Positions 39,893-58,240 of a DNA stretch of 64,000 bases are shown piece by piece (within the stretch, counting starts at the first letter, position 1; each line of letters begins with the position of its first letter). Source of the DNA: Actinomycetota bacterium. Lineage in GTDB: Bacteria > Actinomycetota > Actinomycetes > Mycobacteriales > SCTD01. The stretch is from contig JBKOVB010000056.1 in NCBI GenBank assembly GCA_046723735.1, forward strand, positions 14,776 through 78,775. Reading direction: 5' to 3'. The notes beneath the pieces are model-generated. The model was given only the letters and a program-made list of their open reading frames with translations. It ran no database searches and was not told the DNA's origin. The translations under genes and the position numbers were made by a program.

Positions 39893-40608
39893 TGGCCGGC
39901 CTCCTCGTTCTCGGTCTCGCTGGACGACGCCACGGCCTTGACCGTCTTGCCCGTCGCGGGCCCGGCGATGAACGCCAGCAGCGCGCCCTCCGTGAACACG
40001 ACGTCGTCGCTCACGAGCACGTCGTAGGTGTTGAGCTGGCCGGGGGCGAGCAGGTGCACGGTCTCGGCGTTGCGCAGCGACTTCCACGTCAGGGTGTCGG
40101 TCCGCTCCGCGACGACCAGCACGTTCTTGCGAGAGCTGAGGCTCTCGAGCACCTGCACGGCCGACTTGGTGGACGGCGCGTCCCCCGTGGCCAGCGCGTC
40201 CACGACGTGGATGCGCTCGTGCGCGGCCCTGTCGGACAGGGCACCGCGCAGGGCGGCGGCCTTCATCTTCTTGGGGGTGCGCTGGGCGTAGTCACGCGGC
40301 ACGGGGCCGTGGACGGTGCCACCGCCGGCGAACTGCGGTGCCCGGGTCGAGCCCTGGCGGGCGCGGCCGGTGCCCTTCTGGCGGTACGGCTTGCGCCCAC
40401 CGCCGCGGACCTCGCCACGGGTCTTCGTCTTGTGCGTGCCCTGGCGCGCCGCCGCGAGCTGGGCGACGACGACCTGGTGGATCAGCGGCACGTTGACCTG
40501 GACGCCGAAGACGTCGGCCGGGAGCTCCACCGTGCGGCCGGTGGCGCCGTTCGCGCCCTTGACCTCAACGGTCAGGCTCTGGGTCGCGGTCGTGTCGGTG
40601 ACCGTCAC
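39889..40608 (-). CDS. rplD: 50S ribosomal protein L4
   Basis: [23 protein letters not shown] at 40608 forms a GTGA overlap with rplC. Confidence 0.95.
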   Translation of the reverse strand: MTVTDTTATQSLTVEVKGANGATGRTVELPADVFGVQVNVPLIHQVVVAQLAAARQGTHKTKTRGEVRGGGRKPYRQKGTGRARQGSTRAPQFAGGGTVHGPVPRDYAQRTPKKMKAAALRGALSDRAAHERIHVVDALATGDAPSTKSAVQVLESLSSRKNVLVVAERTDTLTWKSLRNAETVHLLAPGQLNTYDVLVSDDVVFTEGALLAFIAGPATGKTVKAVASSSETENEEAGQ

Positions 40609-41300
40609 TTGGCGACACCACCCTTCGCGAGGCCGTTCTTCACGGCGGTACGGACGAGGACGAGGCCGCCGGTCGGGCCGGGGACGGCGCCCTTGATGAG
40701 CAGCAGCCCCTTCTCGGCGTCGACGGCGTGGACCGTGAGGTTCTGGGTGGTGGTGCGGGCGGCGCCGTGGCGACCGGCCATGCGGGTGCCCTTGAACACG
40801 CGCGCGGGAGTAGCGCACGCGCCGATGGAACCGGGCGAGCGGTGCTTGCGCTGCACGCCGTGACCGGCGCCGAGGCCCCGGAAGTTGTGCCGCTTCATGA
40901 CACCCGCGTAGCCCTTGCCCTTGCTCGTGGCGACGACGTCGACCTTGAGCGGCTTCTCGCCCTCGGTGGCGAAGATCTCCGCGGTGATCTCCTGGCCGAG
41001 CGCGTACGACGAGGCGTCCGCGGTGCGGATCTCGAGCGTGTAGCGGCGCGGCGGCACCCCGGCCTTGGCGAAGTGCCCGGCCTCGGGCTTGTTCACCTTG
41101 CGGGGGTCGATCGCGCCGTACGCGATCTGGACGGCGCTGTAGCCGTCGTTCTCGACGGTGCGGATCTGGGTGACCACGCACGGCCCGGCCTTGACGACGG
41201 TGACCGGGACGATCCGGTTGTTCGCGTCGAAGACCTGGGTCATGCCCAGCTTCTCACCCAGGACGCCCTGGACGATGCGGTTCGAAGTGGTGGCAGACAT
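40605..41300 (-). CDS. rplC: 50S ribosomal protein L3
   Basis: [13 protein letters not shown] is conserved L3. Confidence 0.95.
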   Translation of the reverse strand: MSATTSNRIVQGVLGEKLGMTQVFDANNRIVPVTVVKAGPCVVTQIRTVENDGYSAVQIAYGAIDPRKVNKPEAGHFAKAGVPPRRYTLEIRTADASSYALGQEITAEIFATEGEKPLKVDVVATSKGKGYAGVMKRHNFRGLGAGHGVQRKHRSPGSIGACATPARVFKGTRMAGRHGAARTTTQNLTVHAVDAEKGLLLIKGAVPGPTGGLVLVRTAVKNGLAKGGVAK

Positions 41301-41309
41301 GTCCGATGC

Positions 41310-41618
41310 CTAGAGCTTGATCTCGATGTCGACGCCCGCCGGCAGGTCGAGACGCATGAGCGAGTCGACCGTCTTCGGCGTGGGGTCGAGGATGTCGATG
41401 AGGCGCTTGTGCGTGCGCATCTCGAAGTGCTCGCGCGAGTCCTTGTACTTGTGCGGCGAGCGGATGACGCAGTACACGTTCTTCTCGGTCGGCAGCGGCA
41501 CCGGGCCGGCGACCTGCGCACCCGTACGCGTCACCGTCTCGACGATCTTGCGCGCCGAGCTGTCGATGACCTCGTGGTCGTAGGCCTTGAGCCTGATGCG
41601 GATCTTCTGTCCCGCCAT
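41310..41618 (-). CDS. rpsJ: 30S ribosomal protein S10
   Basis: [19 protein letters not shown]. Confidence 0.95.
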   Translation of the reverse strand: MAGQKIRIRLKAYDHEVIDSSARKIVETVTRTGAQVAGPVPLPTEKNVYCVIRSPHKYKDSREHFEMRTHKRLIDILDPTPKTVDSLMRLDLPAGVDIEIKL

Positions 41619-41675
41619 GGTGGCTTTCGTTCCTGTCTGCTGGTGGTGCTGCTGCGTTCCTGGGAGTTCGTGCTC

Positions 41676-41718
41676 CGCGGTACGGCGGCCGAGTGCTGGA
41701 CCCGGCCGCCGTACCGCG
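41676..41718 (-). terminator. GTAC-core hairpin between tuf and rpsJ
   Basis: CGCGGTACGGCGGCC-(13 nt)-GGCCGCCGTACCGCG, a 15-bp perfect stem. Confidence 0.5.
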
Positions 41719-41726
41719 TGTGGGGA

Positions 41727-42920
<1,194 letters not shown>

Positions 42921-42992
42921 CTGGCCTGTCCTCCTGTGTGCGGTGGTCGCCGTTGACGCTTGTCGCGGGCCGGGGTGGGACTTCCGGGTTCT

Positions 42993-45110
42993 TTACTCGC
43001 CCCGGACCTTCGCGATGATCTCCTTCGCCACGTTGCCGGGCACTTCGGCGTAGGAGTCGAACTGCATGCTGTAGCTGGCCCGGCCCTGCGTGCGCGACCG
43101 GAGGTCACCCACGTAGCCGAACATCTCCGACAGCGGCACCAGGGCGCGGACGACGCGGACGCCGGCCCGCTCGTCCATCGCCTGGATGATGCCGCGACGG
43201 CTGTTGAGGTCGCCGATGACGTCGCCCATGTTCTCCTCAGGCGTGGTGACCTCGACGGCCATCATCGGCTCCATGAGCGCGGGGTCGCCCTTGCGCGCGG
43301 CCTCCTTGAAGCCCATCGAACCGGCGATCTTGAAGGCCATCTCCGAGGAGTCGACCTCGTGGTAGGCGCCGTCGAGCAGGGTCACCTTGACGCCCACGAG
43401 CGGGTAGCCGGCGAGCACGCCGTGCTGCATGGCCTCCTGGCAGCCCTGGTCGACCGCCGGGATGTACTCCCGCGGCACGCGACCACCGGTGACGGCGTTC
43501 TCGAAGACGTAGTTGCCCTCGGTCGCCGTGTCGTGGATGGGCTCCAGCTTGAGCTGCACCTTGGCGAACTGGCCCGACCCACCCGTCTGCTTCTTGTGGG
43601 TGTAGTCGTAGCGGTCCACGGTCGCGCGCAGCGTCTCGCGGTAGGCCACCTGCGGCTTGCCGACGTTCGCCTCGACCTTGAACTCGCGCTTCATGCGGTC
43701 CACGAGGATGTCGAGGTGGAGCTCGCCCATGCCGGCGATGATGGTCTGGCCGGTCTCCTCGTCGGTGTAGACCTTGAAGGTCGGGTCCTCCTCGGCGAGA
43801 CGCTGGATCGCCGTACCCAGCTTCTCCTGGTCGCCCTTCGTCTTGGGCTCGATGGCGACCGAGATGACCGGCTCGGGGAACGTCATGGACTCGAGCACGA
43901 CGGGCGCGTCGGGGTCGCAGAGCGTGTCACCCGTGGTGGTCTGCTTGAGGCCGATGACGGCGCAGATGTCGCCCGCCTTGATCTCGCTGATGTCCTCACG
44001 CGAGTTCGCGTGCATCTGCATGAGACGGCCGATCTTCTCCTTGCGGTCCTTGGTCGAGTTCACGACCTGGGAGCCGGAGGGAAGCGTGCCGGAGTAGACC
44101 CGGATGTAGGTCAGCTTGCCCACGTGCGGGTCGGTCTGGATCTTGAAGGCGAGCGCGGAGAACGGTGCGTCGAAGTCGGGCTCGCGGGTCTCCTCGATCG
44201 ACTCGTCCTTGACGGACGTGCCCTTGACCGCGCCGATGTCGAGCGGCGAGGGGAGGAAGTCGACGACGGCGTCGAGCATGGGCTGCACGCCCTTGTTCTT
44301 GAACGCCGAGCCGCACAGCACCGCGGTGACGGTGTGCTCGGGGGTGGAGGCGAGGACCGCCCGGCGCAGGCCGGCCTTGATCTCCTCGACGCTGAGCTCC
44401 TCGCCCTCGAGGTACTTCTCCATGACCTGGTCGTCGGACTCGGCCAGGGTCTCGAGCAGCTTGTGACGCCACTCCTCGGCCTGCTCGGCCAGCTCGGCCG
44501 GGATGTCGACGACCTCGAACTTGTCGCCCTTGCTCGACTTGTCGTCGAGCGGCCACTCGAGCGCCTTCATGCTGATGAGGTCGATGACGCCGCGGAACTG
44601 GTCCTCGGTGCCCCAGGGCAGCTGGATGACGATCGGGGTCGCGTTCAGGCGGCTCACGATCATGTCGACCGTGCGGTAGAAGTCCGCGCCGGTGCGGTCC
44701 ATCTTGTTGACGAAGCAGATCCGCGGCACGGAGTACTTGTCCGCCTGGCGCCACACCGTCTCGGACTGGGGCTCCACGCCGGCGACCGAGTCGAACACCG
44801 CGACGGCACCGTCGAGCACGCGCAGCGAGCGCTCCACCTCGACGGTGAAGTCGACGTGGCCCGGGGTGTCGATGATGTTGATCCGGTGGCCGTTCCACTC
44901 GCAGGTCGTCGCGGCGGACGTGATCGTGATGCCGCGCTCCTGCTCCTGGGCCATCCAGTCCATCTGGGCAGCGCCCTCGTGGACCTCACCGATCTTGTAG
45001 CTCTTGCCGGTGTAGTACAGGACGCGCTCGGTGGTGGTGGTCTTGCCCGCGTCGATGTGCGCCATGATCCCGATGTTGCGGGTCTTGGCGAGGATCGCGT
45101 TGCTGGCCAC
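42993..45110 (-). CDS. fusA: elongation factor G
   Basis: [19 protein letters not shown]. 705 aa, GTG start. Confidence 0.98.
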   Translation of the reverse strand: MASNAILAKTRNIGIMAHIDAGKTTTTERVLYYTGKSYKIGEVHEGAAQMDWMAQEQERGITITSAATTCEWNGHRINIIDTPGHVDFTVEVERSLRVLDGAVAVFDSVAGVEPQSETVWRQADKYSVPRICFVNKMDRTGADFYRTVDMIVSRLNATPIVIQLPWGTEDQFRGVIDLISMKALEWPLDDKSSKGDKFEVVDIPAELAEQAEEWRHKLLETLAESDDQVMEKYLEGEELSVEEIKAGLRRAVLASTPEHTVTAVLCGSAFKNKGVQPMLDAVVDFLPSPLDIGAVKGTSVKDESIEETREPDFDAPFSALAFKIQTDPHVGKLTYIRVYSGTLPSGSQVVNSTKDRKEKIGRLMQMHANSREDISEIKAGDICAVIGLKQTTTGDTLCDPDAPVVLESMTFPEPVISVAIEPKTKGDQEKLGTAIQRLAEEDPTFKVYTDEETGQTIIAGMGELHLDILVDRMKREFKVEANVGKPQVAYRETLRATVDRYDYTHKKQTGGSGQFAKVQLKLEPIHDTATEGNYVFENAVTGGRVPREYIPAVDQGCQEAMQHGVLAGYPLVGVKVTLLDGAYHEVDSSEMAFKIAGSMGFKEAARKGDPALMEPMMAVEVTTPEENMGDVIGDLNSRRGIIQAMDERAGVRVVRALVPLSEMFGYVGDLRSRTQGRASYSMQFDSYAEVPGNVAKEIIAKVRGE

Positions 45111-45188
45111 TGCTTCGTCTCTTCTTCCGGGTCTCGGTAGTGCTGGGGGGAAGGGGGCTGGGGTCGCGCGGGAGGCGCGCGGTGTGAC

Positions 45189-45659
45189 CTACCAGCGGTA
45201 GTGGGCGAAGGCCTTGTTGGACTCGGCCATCTTGTGGGTGTCCTCGCGCCGCTTGACGCTCGCGCCCAGGCCGTTGCTGGCGTCGAGCAGCTCGTTCATC
45301 AGGCGCTCGGTCATGGTCTTCTCGCGGCGGGCGCGGGAGTACTGGATGATCCAGCGCAGCGCGAGGGTGGTGGCGCGGCCGGACTTGACCTCGATCGGCA
45401 CCTGGTACGTGGCGCCACCGACGCGGCGGCTCTTCACCTCGAGCGTCGGGCGGACGTTGTCCAGCGCACGCTTGAGCGTGATGACCGGGTCGGTGCCGGT
45501 CTTCTCGCGGCAGCCCTCCAGCGCGCCGTAGACGATGCGCTCGGCGACGGAGCGCTTGCCCGACAGCAGCACCTTGTTGATGAGGCTGGTGACGATCGGC
45601 GAGCCGTAGACCGGGTCGGTGACGACCGGGTGCTTCGGGGCGGGACCCTTGCGAGGCAC
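45189..45659 (-). CDS. rpsG: 30S ribosomal protein S7
   Basis: (V)[12 protein letters not shown]...NKAFAHYRW, 156 aa. The GTG start shares 1 nt with the rpsL stop. Confidence 0.95.
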   Translation of the reverse strand: MPRKGPAPKHPVVTDPVYGSPIVTSLINKVLLSGKRSVAERIVYGALEGCREKTGTDPVITLKRALDNVRPTLEVKSRRVGGATYQVPIEVKSGRATTLALRWIIQYSRARREKTMTERLMNELLDASNGLGASVKRREDTHKMAESNKAFAHYRW

Positions 45660-46033
45660 TACGCCTTCTCCTTCTTCGCGCCGTAGCGGCTGCGAGCCTG
45701 CTTGCGGTTGCGGACGCCCTGCGTGTCGAGCGAGCCACGGATGATCTTGTAGCGGACGCCCGGCAGGTCCTTCACACGACCGCCGCGCACGAGCACGATC
45801 GAGTGCTCCTGCAGGTTGTGACCCACACCTGGGATGTAGGCGGTGACCTCGATGCCGCTGGTCAGTCGGACACGCGCGACCTTGCGAAGCGCCGAGTTCG
45901 GCTTCTTGGGGGTGGTCGTGTAGACGCGCGTGCACACGCCGCGACGCTGCGGGCTCCCCTTGAGGGCCGGCGTCTTGGTCTTCTCGACCTTGTCCTGCCG
46001 GCCCTTGCGGACCAGCTGCTGGATCGTGGGCAA
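45659..46033 (-). CDS. rpsL: 30S ribosomal protein S12
   Basis: [12 protein letters not shown]...[12 protein letters not shown] start at 46033 with AGGAG 6 nt upstream. The track ORF is 5'-extended. Confidence 0.95.
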   Translation of the reverse strand: MPTIQQLVRKGRQDKVEKTKTPALKGSPQRRGVCTRVYTTTPKKPNSALRKVARVRLTSGIEVTAYIPGVGHNLQEHSIVLVRGGRVKDLPGVRYKIIRGSLDTQGVRNRKQARSRYGAKKEKA

Positions 46034-46203
46034 CGCGTCTCCTGCCGTGTGCTGCTGCTGATGTGGTGCTTCTCCGCCCCCCGCGGTCGGGCGTGTCGCC
46101 GTGTCGCGGTTCCGGGCGCTGTGCTGCAACGCTCGGATGGGGTGGTTCCAGGGGGCCCGACGGGCGCGCCTGACGGCCCGGGTCGCCCCAGGCACAAGGG
46201 AAC

Positions 46204-46232
46204 ACCTTACCCGTGCCCCCGGTGAGGGTCAA
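46204..46232 (-). promoter_or_regulatory. sigma-70/HrdB-type promoter of the rpsL-rpsG-fusA-tuf operon (TTGACC-N17-TAAGGT)
   Basis: Near-consensus -35 box, 17-nt spacer, and a -10 box fitting TANNNT on the minus strand. Implies a ~165-nt 5' leader. Confidence 0.55.
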
Positions 46233-46395
46233 AAGCGAGCCGCGTCACACCGGACGCGTCCCCGACCCGGGAGCCGAGCGGTGCGGGCGCTTCCCCGCGC
46301 CCGCCACCGTCGAGCCTGCCACCCGCGTCGCGTGCACGCCCGCCCGACACGCCGTACGACGGACCCTCCGCGTCGAAGCCTCACCGCTGGTTCCA

Positions 46396-46413
46396 CCCGG
46401 TCGCGCGACCGGG
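46396..46413. repeat. perfect 18-nt palindrome CCCGGTCGCGCGACCGGG in the rpoC-rpsL spacer
   Basis: Read directly from the sequence. Confidence 0.7.
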
Positions 46414-46448
46414 GGCTCGAACGGGGACCCGGGGCCCGGGCACGGCGA

Positions 46449-46475
46449 AGGGCCGCCCCTGCCGGGAGCGGCCCT
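46449..46475 (-). terminator. hairpin ~20 nt after the rpoC stop
   Basis: AGGGCCGC-(11 nt)-GCGGCCCT, an 8-bp stem. Confidence 0.4.
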
Positions 46476-46493
46476 CCTCCGTCGTACCGGGGA

Positions 46494-50363
<3,870 letters not shown>

Positions 50364-50422
50364 GGTGCCTTCTCTCTTGTTCGGCTAGCTCAGGAAAGTC
50401 TGTGGGTGGGGGCGAGGGGCCT

Positions 50423-50461
50423 GGCCGGTACGGCGGGCAGCAGGTGCTCGCCGTACCGGCC
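50423..50461 (-). terminator. GTAC-core hairpin between rpoB and rpoC (possible attenuator)
   Basis: GGCCGGTACGGCG-(13 nt)-CGCCGTACCGGCC, a 13-bp perfect stem starting 6 nt after the rpoB stop. Confidence 0.4.
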
Positions 50462-50466
50462 GGCCG

Positions 50467-53895
<3,429 letters not shown>

Positions 53896-54160
53896 GAGTG
53901 GGTCCTTCCGAGGACGCCAGTGATCAGCCGGCGTCCGGTTGCGGTCTCAGCGGCGCACGCACACTCGACCGGCTGCACCGAGCATCGGGCTCGTGCAGGT
54001 ATATGACGGGAGGCAGCGCAACAAGGAAGTGTACGTGAAAGGGCAGCCGCCTGTCGAGGCGGGGCCAGCGTCTCTCCCGTCACAGCGAGTGCACCACAGT
54101 GATGCCTCGTGCGGTCCCACGTCAAGGGCTCTCGTCCGCGTGGCGAAGGACGTTCCCGGT

Positions 54161-55105
54161 TCAGAACGCCCGGATGTCCTCGATCAGCCAGTGCCCGTTC
54201 TTCTTGACCAGGGTCATCTCGAGCCGGCTCTGCGTGAGCTTGGAGCCCGAGACCAGGCTGCTCGTCGACTGCTGGTCGACGAAGGCGAGCACGGTGACCC
54301 GCCCCGGCTTCGCGCGGACCACACCGGCGTCGCTCACGTCCGCGACGACCACCGCCTTGTAACGCGGCGCGACGTCCTTGATGATCTTTCCGGTGGTCCG
54401 CTCGTACTCGCTGCGGAACTGGCCGGTGGTGGCGTCCTTGCCGGCGGCGATGTCCTTGTCGAGGTGGCGGTAGTCGTAGCTGAACACGGCCCGGGCTCCG
54501 GCCCGCGCGGCGTCGAGCGCCCCCTCGCGGTCGTCCTGCAGCGAGGTGGCCCAGGGCAGCTTCGGCCAGAACAGCAGCGCGAGCAGCACGATGCCCAGCA
54601 CCGCCAGCACCGCGACCGCGCCCACGAGCAGCCCGAGCCCTCGACGACCACCGGGTACGGCGGCGGCCGGCTCCTCGGCAGGTGGCGCCTCGTCGATTGG
54701 GGGCTCCGGCTCCTCGACGCGCTCCGGCTCCTCGACTGGTGGCGCCTGCTCGATGGCGAGCTCCGGCTCCTCGGGCTGAGCCTGCTCGACCGCCTCCCGT
54801 TCCGGCTGCTGCGACTGGTCCTGGGCGGCGAGCGCCGCGGCCACGAGCGGCTCCTGCGCCTCGGCGCTGAGCGGCTGCTCCTCGAAGGCCTCGTCGGGCT
54901 GCTCGTCACGTGCGTCGTCCTCAGCACCGGCCAGGTCGGCGGGCGCGTCGGCCGGGCGGTAGCGCGGGTCGTCGTACTCCGGGTCGTACGGCGGCTCGTC
55001 GGGCAGCGGCACGTCGTCGTGCGGCGCAGAGGCGGCCGGGGGCGTCGGCGAGGCCGGTCCCCAGGAGCGCTCCGGCTCCTGCTGCGGGTTCTCGGGGATC
55101 GTCAT
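54161..55105 (-). CDS. Mce-associated membrane protein with long acidic Pro/Glu-rich N-terminal region
   Basis: ~150-aa disordered N-terminus, one TM segment (LGLLVGAVAVLAVLGIVLLALLF), and a C-terminal ~140-aa domain. Lies directly after mceF and a paralogue. Confidence 0.75.
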   Translation of the reverse strand: MTIPENPQQEPERSWGPASPTPPAASAPHDDVPLPDEPPYDPEYDDPRYRPADAPADLAGAEDDARDEQPDEAFEEQPLSAEAQEPLVAAALAAQDQSQQPEREAVEQAQPEEPELAIEQAPPVEEPERVEEPEPPIDEAPPAEEPAAAVPGGRRGLGLLVGAVAVLAVLGIVLLALLFWPKLPWATSLQDDREGALDAARAGARAVFSYDYRHLDKDIAAGKDATTGQFRSEYERTTGKIIKDVAPRYKAVVVADVSDAGVVRAKPGRVTVLAFVDQQSTSSLVSGSKLTQSRLEMTLVKKNGHWLIEDIRAF

Positions 55106-55107
55106 CC

Positions 55108-55650
55108 TCAGCTCACCGGCTGCAGGTCGGCGACGAGCCAGCGCCCGCCGTGCTTCTCGAGGTCGACCTTCCAGCGCTCGTTGACCACCTGCCCGCCGGG
55201 CGTGGTGGCGTCCCTGACCGTGCGGTCGGTCGCGACGAGCACCGTCGCGGAGCTCGCGTCCACCCTGACCACTGCGGCTGACAGCACCTTGGCGCTCGAC
55301 GCCGTCCGGTGCTGCTTGATCAGGCCCTTCAGGTCGTCCTGGGAGCGCCGGAACTGGTCGCGGAACGTCCCTGTCGCACCGGAGAGCACGGCCGCCAGGT
55401 CACGGTCGATCGTGGTCGCGCTGAGGCTGTCCAGGTTGACGATCTCCTGCCGGGCGGCGGCCACGGAATCCGCCCGCGCGGCGTCCAGGTCGTTGTCGTG
55501 CTTGCGGTCGACGAGCCAGAACGCGGCCAGCACGGCGTCCACGACGAGCAGCAGGGCGACGAGCACGACAAGCACCGTCGTACGACGGGAGCGGGGCTGG
55601 GCCGGCTCGACCACGTGTTCCGTGTCGAGCTCCGGGGAGGTCTCGGTCAC
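55108..55650 (-). CDS. Mce-associated membrane protein
   Basis: 180 aa from the GTG at 55650 (GTGA overlap with mceF). TM segment VLVVLVALLLVVDAVLAAFWL. The C-terminal domain is paralogous in layout to 54161..55105. Confidence 0.75.
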   Translation of the reverse strand: MTETSPELDTEHVVEPAQPRSRRTTVLVVLVALLLVVDAVLAAFWLVDRKHDNDLDAARADSVAAARQEIVNLDSLSATTIDRDLAAVLSGATGTFRDQFRRSQDDLKGLIKQHRTASSAKVLSAAVVRVDASSATVLVATDRTVRDATTPGGQVVNERWKVDLEKHGGRWLVADLQPVS

Positions 55651-56999
55651 GAGTGCCGCAGCGGGTCCATGAGCAGCCACTGCCACGAGCTGGTGCCGAA
55701 CACCGACGCGACGCCCATGGTGCTGCCGACGGTGTAGCGCTGCCCGTCGCTCGTGATCGCGTGCCCGGTGGCCGGGTCGAAGTCCGCGAACATCGTGGTC
55801 CATCCTGCCTGGCTCGAGAGCCCGGCACCCTTCACGGTGGTCGAGCTGCCGCCGCCCGCGTCGTTCGGGAAGGGCCGCAGCCCCTCGGCGCGCGGCGCGT
55901 TCGCTGCACCCCGCACGTCGACCGTCGAGCCCTTCGACAGCGAGCAGTAGGCGTTGAAGTTCGACGTGCGCGAACGGGTGTCGTCGGGGTCACGCCGCTT
56001 CGTGCCAGCGTAGCCCTTGTCGCTTGCGGGGCACACGGCCGGCGACTGAGACGTCACGAAGCCGAAGTGCGCGGTGCCGTCCCCGGGCGTGACGGTGAAG
56101 CCACCGGCCACGACGTTGGGGTAGGTGACGAGGATCTGCCGCAGCGCGGGGATGCGCACCGCCTGCACCTGAGCCACGAAGGCCAGGTTGCCGAGCAACG
56201 GCGGCAGGGTGGTGCGAGTCGCGTCGAGCAGCGAGGTCGTGGTCGCCGCGGCGTCCGCACCCGTCCTGAAGAGCTTGCGGAAGTCCGGGTCGCTGGCGCG
56301 CAGCTGCGTGCTCAGCTGGGCCAGGTCGGCGCTGTAGGAGCGCAGCGCCGAGCCGACCTGGAGCTGAGTGGCCAGCACCGGACGGCTCTGGTTGATCAGC
56401 GCCAAGGTCTGGGGCAGGTTCTGCGACGCGGTGGTCGTGAGCTGGTCGCTCGCGTCGATGAGGCGCTGCAGGTCGTCGTCGGCGCCGTTGACCGCCGTAC
56501 CCAGCTCGTCCAGGACCGTGGTGAGGTCCTCGAGGTCGACGCTGCGCACGAGGCGGTCGAGGTTCACCACCAGCTGGGTGGGCTGGATCGGGATGGCGGT
56601 CCGCTCCACCGGGATGACGTCGCCCGCGGTGAGGTAGTCGGTGCCGTCGTTCTGCGGCTGCAGGTCGACGTACTGCTCGCCGATCGCGGAGCGGTTGGCG
56701 ACCACGGCCTTGGTGGGGCTCGGCACCTTCGTCCCGGGCCGCAGCCGCAACGCGACGCGCACCCCGTCCGGCTGCAGCTCCAGCTTCTCGACCCGGCCGA
56801 CCGGCACGCCGCGGTAGGTGACCTCGGCGCCGACGAAGATCCCGCCCGAGTCGCGGAAGTCGGCCTTGACGAGGTAGCCCTTGTCGTAGCCCGGCACGAA
56901 CCGGCCCAGGTTGGCGTAACGCGCGCCGGCGTACACCACGCCCAGGGTCGCGATGAGGAAAAAGACCAGCAGCTGCAGCTTGGTGGACCGGGTGATCAC
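55647..56999 (-). CDS. mceF: MCE-family substrate-binding protein (sixth of six)
   Basis: N-terminal TM segment plus an MCE domain (FRDSGGIFVGAEVTYRGVPVGRVEKLEL). GTGA overlap with mceE. Confidence 0.85.
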   Translation of the reverse strand: MITRSTKLQLLVFFLIATLGVVYAGARYANLGRFVPGYDKGYLVKADFRDSGGIFVGAEVTYRGVPVGRVEKLELQPDGVRVALRLRPGTKVPSPTKAVVANRSAIGEQYVDLQPQNDGTDYLTAGDVIPVERTAIPIQPTQLVVNLDRLVRSVDLEDLTTVLDELGTAVNGADDDLQRLIDASDQLTTTASQNLPQTLALINQSRPVLATQLQVGSALRSYSADLAQLSTQLRASDPDFRKLFRTGADAAATTTSLLDATRTTLPPLLGNLAFVAQVQAVRIPALRQILVTYPNVVAGGFTVTPGDGTAHFGFVTSQSPAVCPASDKGYAGTKRRDPDDTRSRTSNFNAYCSLSKGSTVDVRGAANAPRAEGLRPFPNDAGGGSSTTVKGAGLSSQAGWTTMFADFDPATGHAITSDGQRYTVGSTMGVASVFGTSSWQWLLMDPLRHS

Positions 57000-58240
57000 G
57001 ACAGGCCTCCCAGCAGTAGCCGCACCAGCCCGGTCGGGTCGTCGCCGACCACCTGGCTGACGGGCACGGTCACCGTGCCGCCCAGCGGCAGCGACGGCAG
57101 CGACGGGAGGGGCAGCGGCTTGGGCGTGCTCGTCGAGCCCGGCACCTTCGGGGCCTTCGGCAGCGGCGCCAGCGACGGGAGGGGTAGCGGCAGCCCCCCG
57201 GTGCCCCCGCCGGTGAGGTTGTCGAGCAGGTCGGTGACGCTCGTGTCGATCGTGATGTAGAGGTTGGCGTAGTCACCGCGGATGCCGCCCCGACCCTCGG
57301 GCGAGGCGACGGTCTTCGGGAAGGGGTACGTCGTGAGCAGCTCGAGCGCGTTCGGCAGGTCGTTGCCGGCCCGGGCAAGCTGCGACAGCACGGGCTCCAG
57401 CGCCTTGAGGTCGGCCACCGTGGCCTGCTGGGTCTGCTCGATGACACGCGTCGCGACGGTGCCGAGGTTGTTCAGCCCCTTGAGCACCTTGGTGAGCTGA
57501 GCCCGCTCGTCGGCCAGGACGGCCGCGCCGCGGGGCAGGTCGCGCAGCGCGACGTCGAGCGTCTGCCGACGTGCGGCGAGCCGGCTGCTGAGACGGTCGA
57601 GCCCGTCGAGCGCCGCGGTGATCTTGCCCTTCTGGGCGTCCAGGCCGCCCATGAAGGCGGTGAGCTGACGCAGGAAGTCGCGGACCTGCGGCTCGCGACC
57701 GGTGAGGGCCTTCGCGAGCTCGCTGTTGATCACCTGGAGCTGCTCCAGGCTGCCGCCGTTGAGCACCAGCGAGAGGGCGCCGAGCACCTCTTCGATGTCG
57801 GCGTTGCGCTGGGTGCGGCGCAGGTCGATGTACATGCCGTCGCGCAGCCGCCCGACGGGGGTCGCGGGCCGCTCGAGGCTGACGAACTTCTCGCCGAGCA
57901 GCGAGGTCTGGCGCAGGCTGGCCGTGGCGTTCTCGGGCAGCACGACGTCCTTGTCGATGCTCACCGTGACGAGGGCGGTGTAGCCGTCCTTGGTGAGCTC
58001 GATCTTGCGGACGGAGCCGACCGTGACGTCGTCGACCTTCACCGCCGACTGCGGCACCAGGTCGAGGACGTCGGTGAACTCGATCTTCACCTGGTAGCCG
58101 CCGCCCCCCGCACCGCCGGGGAGGGGGAAGCTCGCGGCGCCCTTGAAGGTGCACCCGGACAGCACCAGCCCGACCGCGAGCGCGGCGCCCGCCGTACGGA
58201 GGAACCGGCCGCGCGCACCGCGGCCGCTCGCGGCGCTCAT
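56996..58240 (-). CDS. mceE: MCE-family lipoprotein (fifth of six)
   Basis: Lipobox LVLSGC. MCE domain VKVDDVTVGSVRKIEL. Pro-rich C-terminus. Confidence 0.85.
   Translation of the reverse strand: MSAASGRGARGRFLRTAGAALAVGLVLSGCTFKGAASFPLPGGAGGGGYQVKIEFTDVLDLVPQSAVKVDDVTVGSVRKIELTKDGYTALVTVSIDKDVVLPENATASLRQTSLLGEKFVSLERPATPVGRLRDGMYIDLRRTQRNADIEEVLGALSLVLNGGSLEQLQVINSELAKALTGREPQVRDFLRQLTAFMGGLDAQKGKITAALDGLDRLSSRLAARRQTLDVALRDLPRGAAVLADERAQLTKVLKGLNNLGTVATRVIEQTQQATVADLKALEPVLSQLARAGNDLPNALELLTTYPFPKTVASPEGRGGIRGDYANLYITIDTSVTDLLDNLTGGGTGGLPLPLPSLAPLPKAPKVPGSTSTPKPLPLPSLPSLPLGGTVTVPVSQVVGDDPTGLVRLLLGGLS

Noticed and set aside
45189-46232. 5'-extended track ORFs around true genes. Examples: rpsG 347 aa, rpsL 178 aa, adk 478 aa, rplD 430 aa, rplN 251 aa, rplP 282 aa, rpsE 272 aa, alr 476 aa, tsaE 244 aa, UDG 395 aa.
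   Set aside because: The conserved N-termini start well inside these ORFs, usually at a GTG or ATG overlapping the upstream stop. The extensions overlap the upstream gene and are Arg/Pro-rich.
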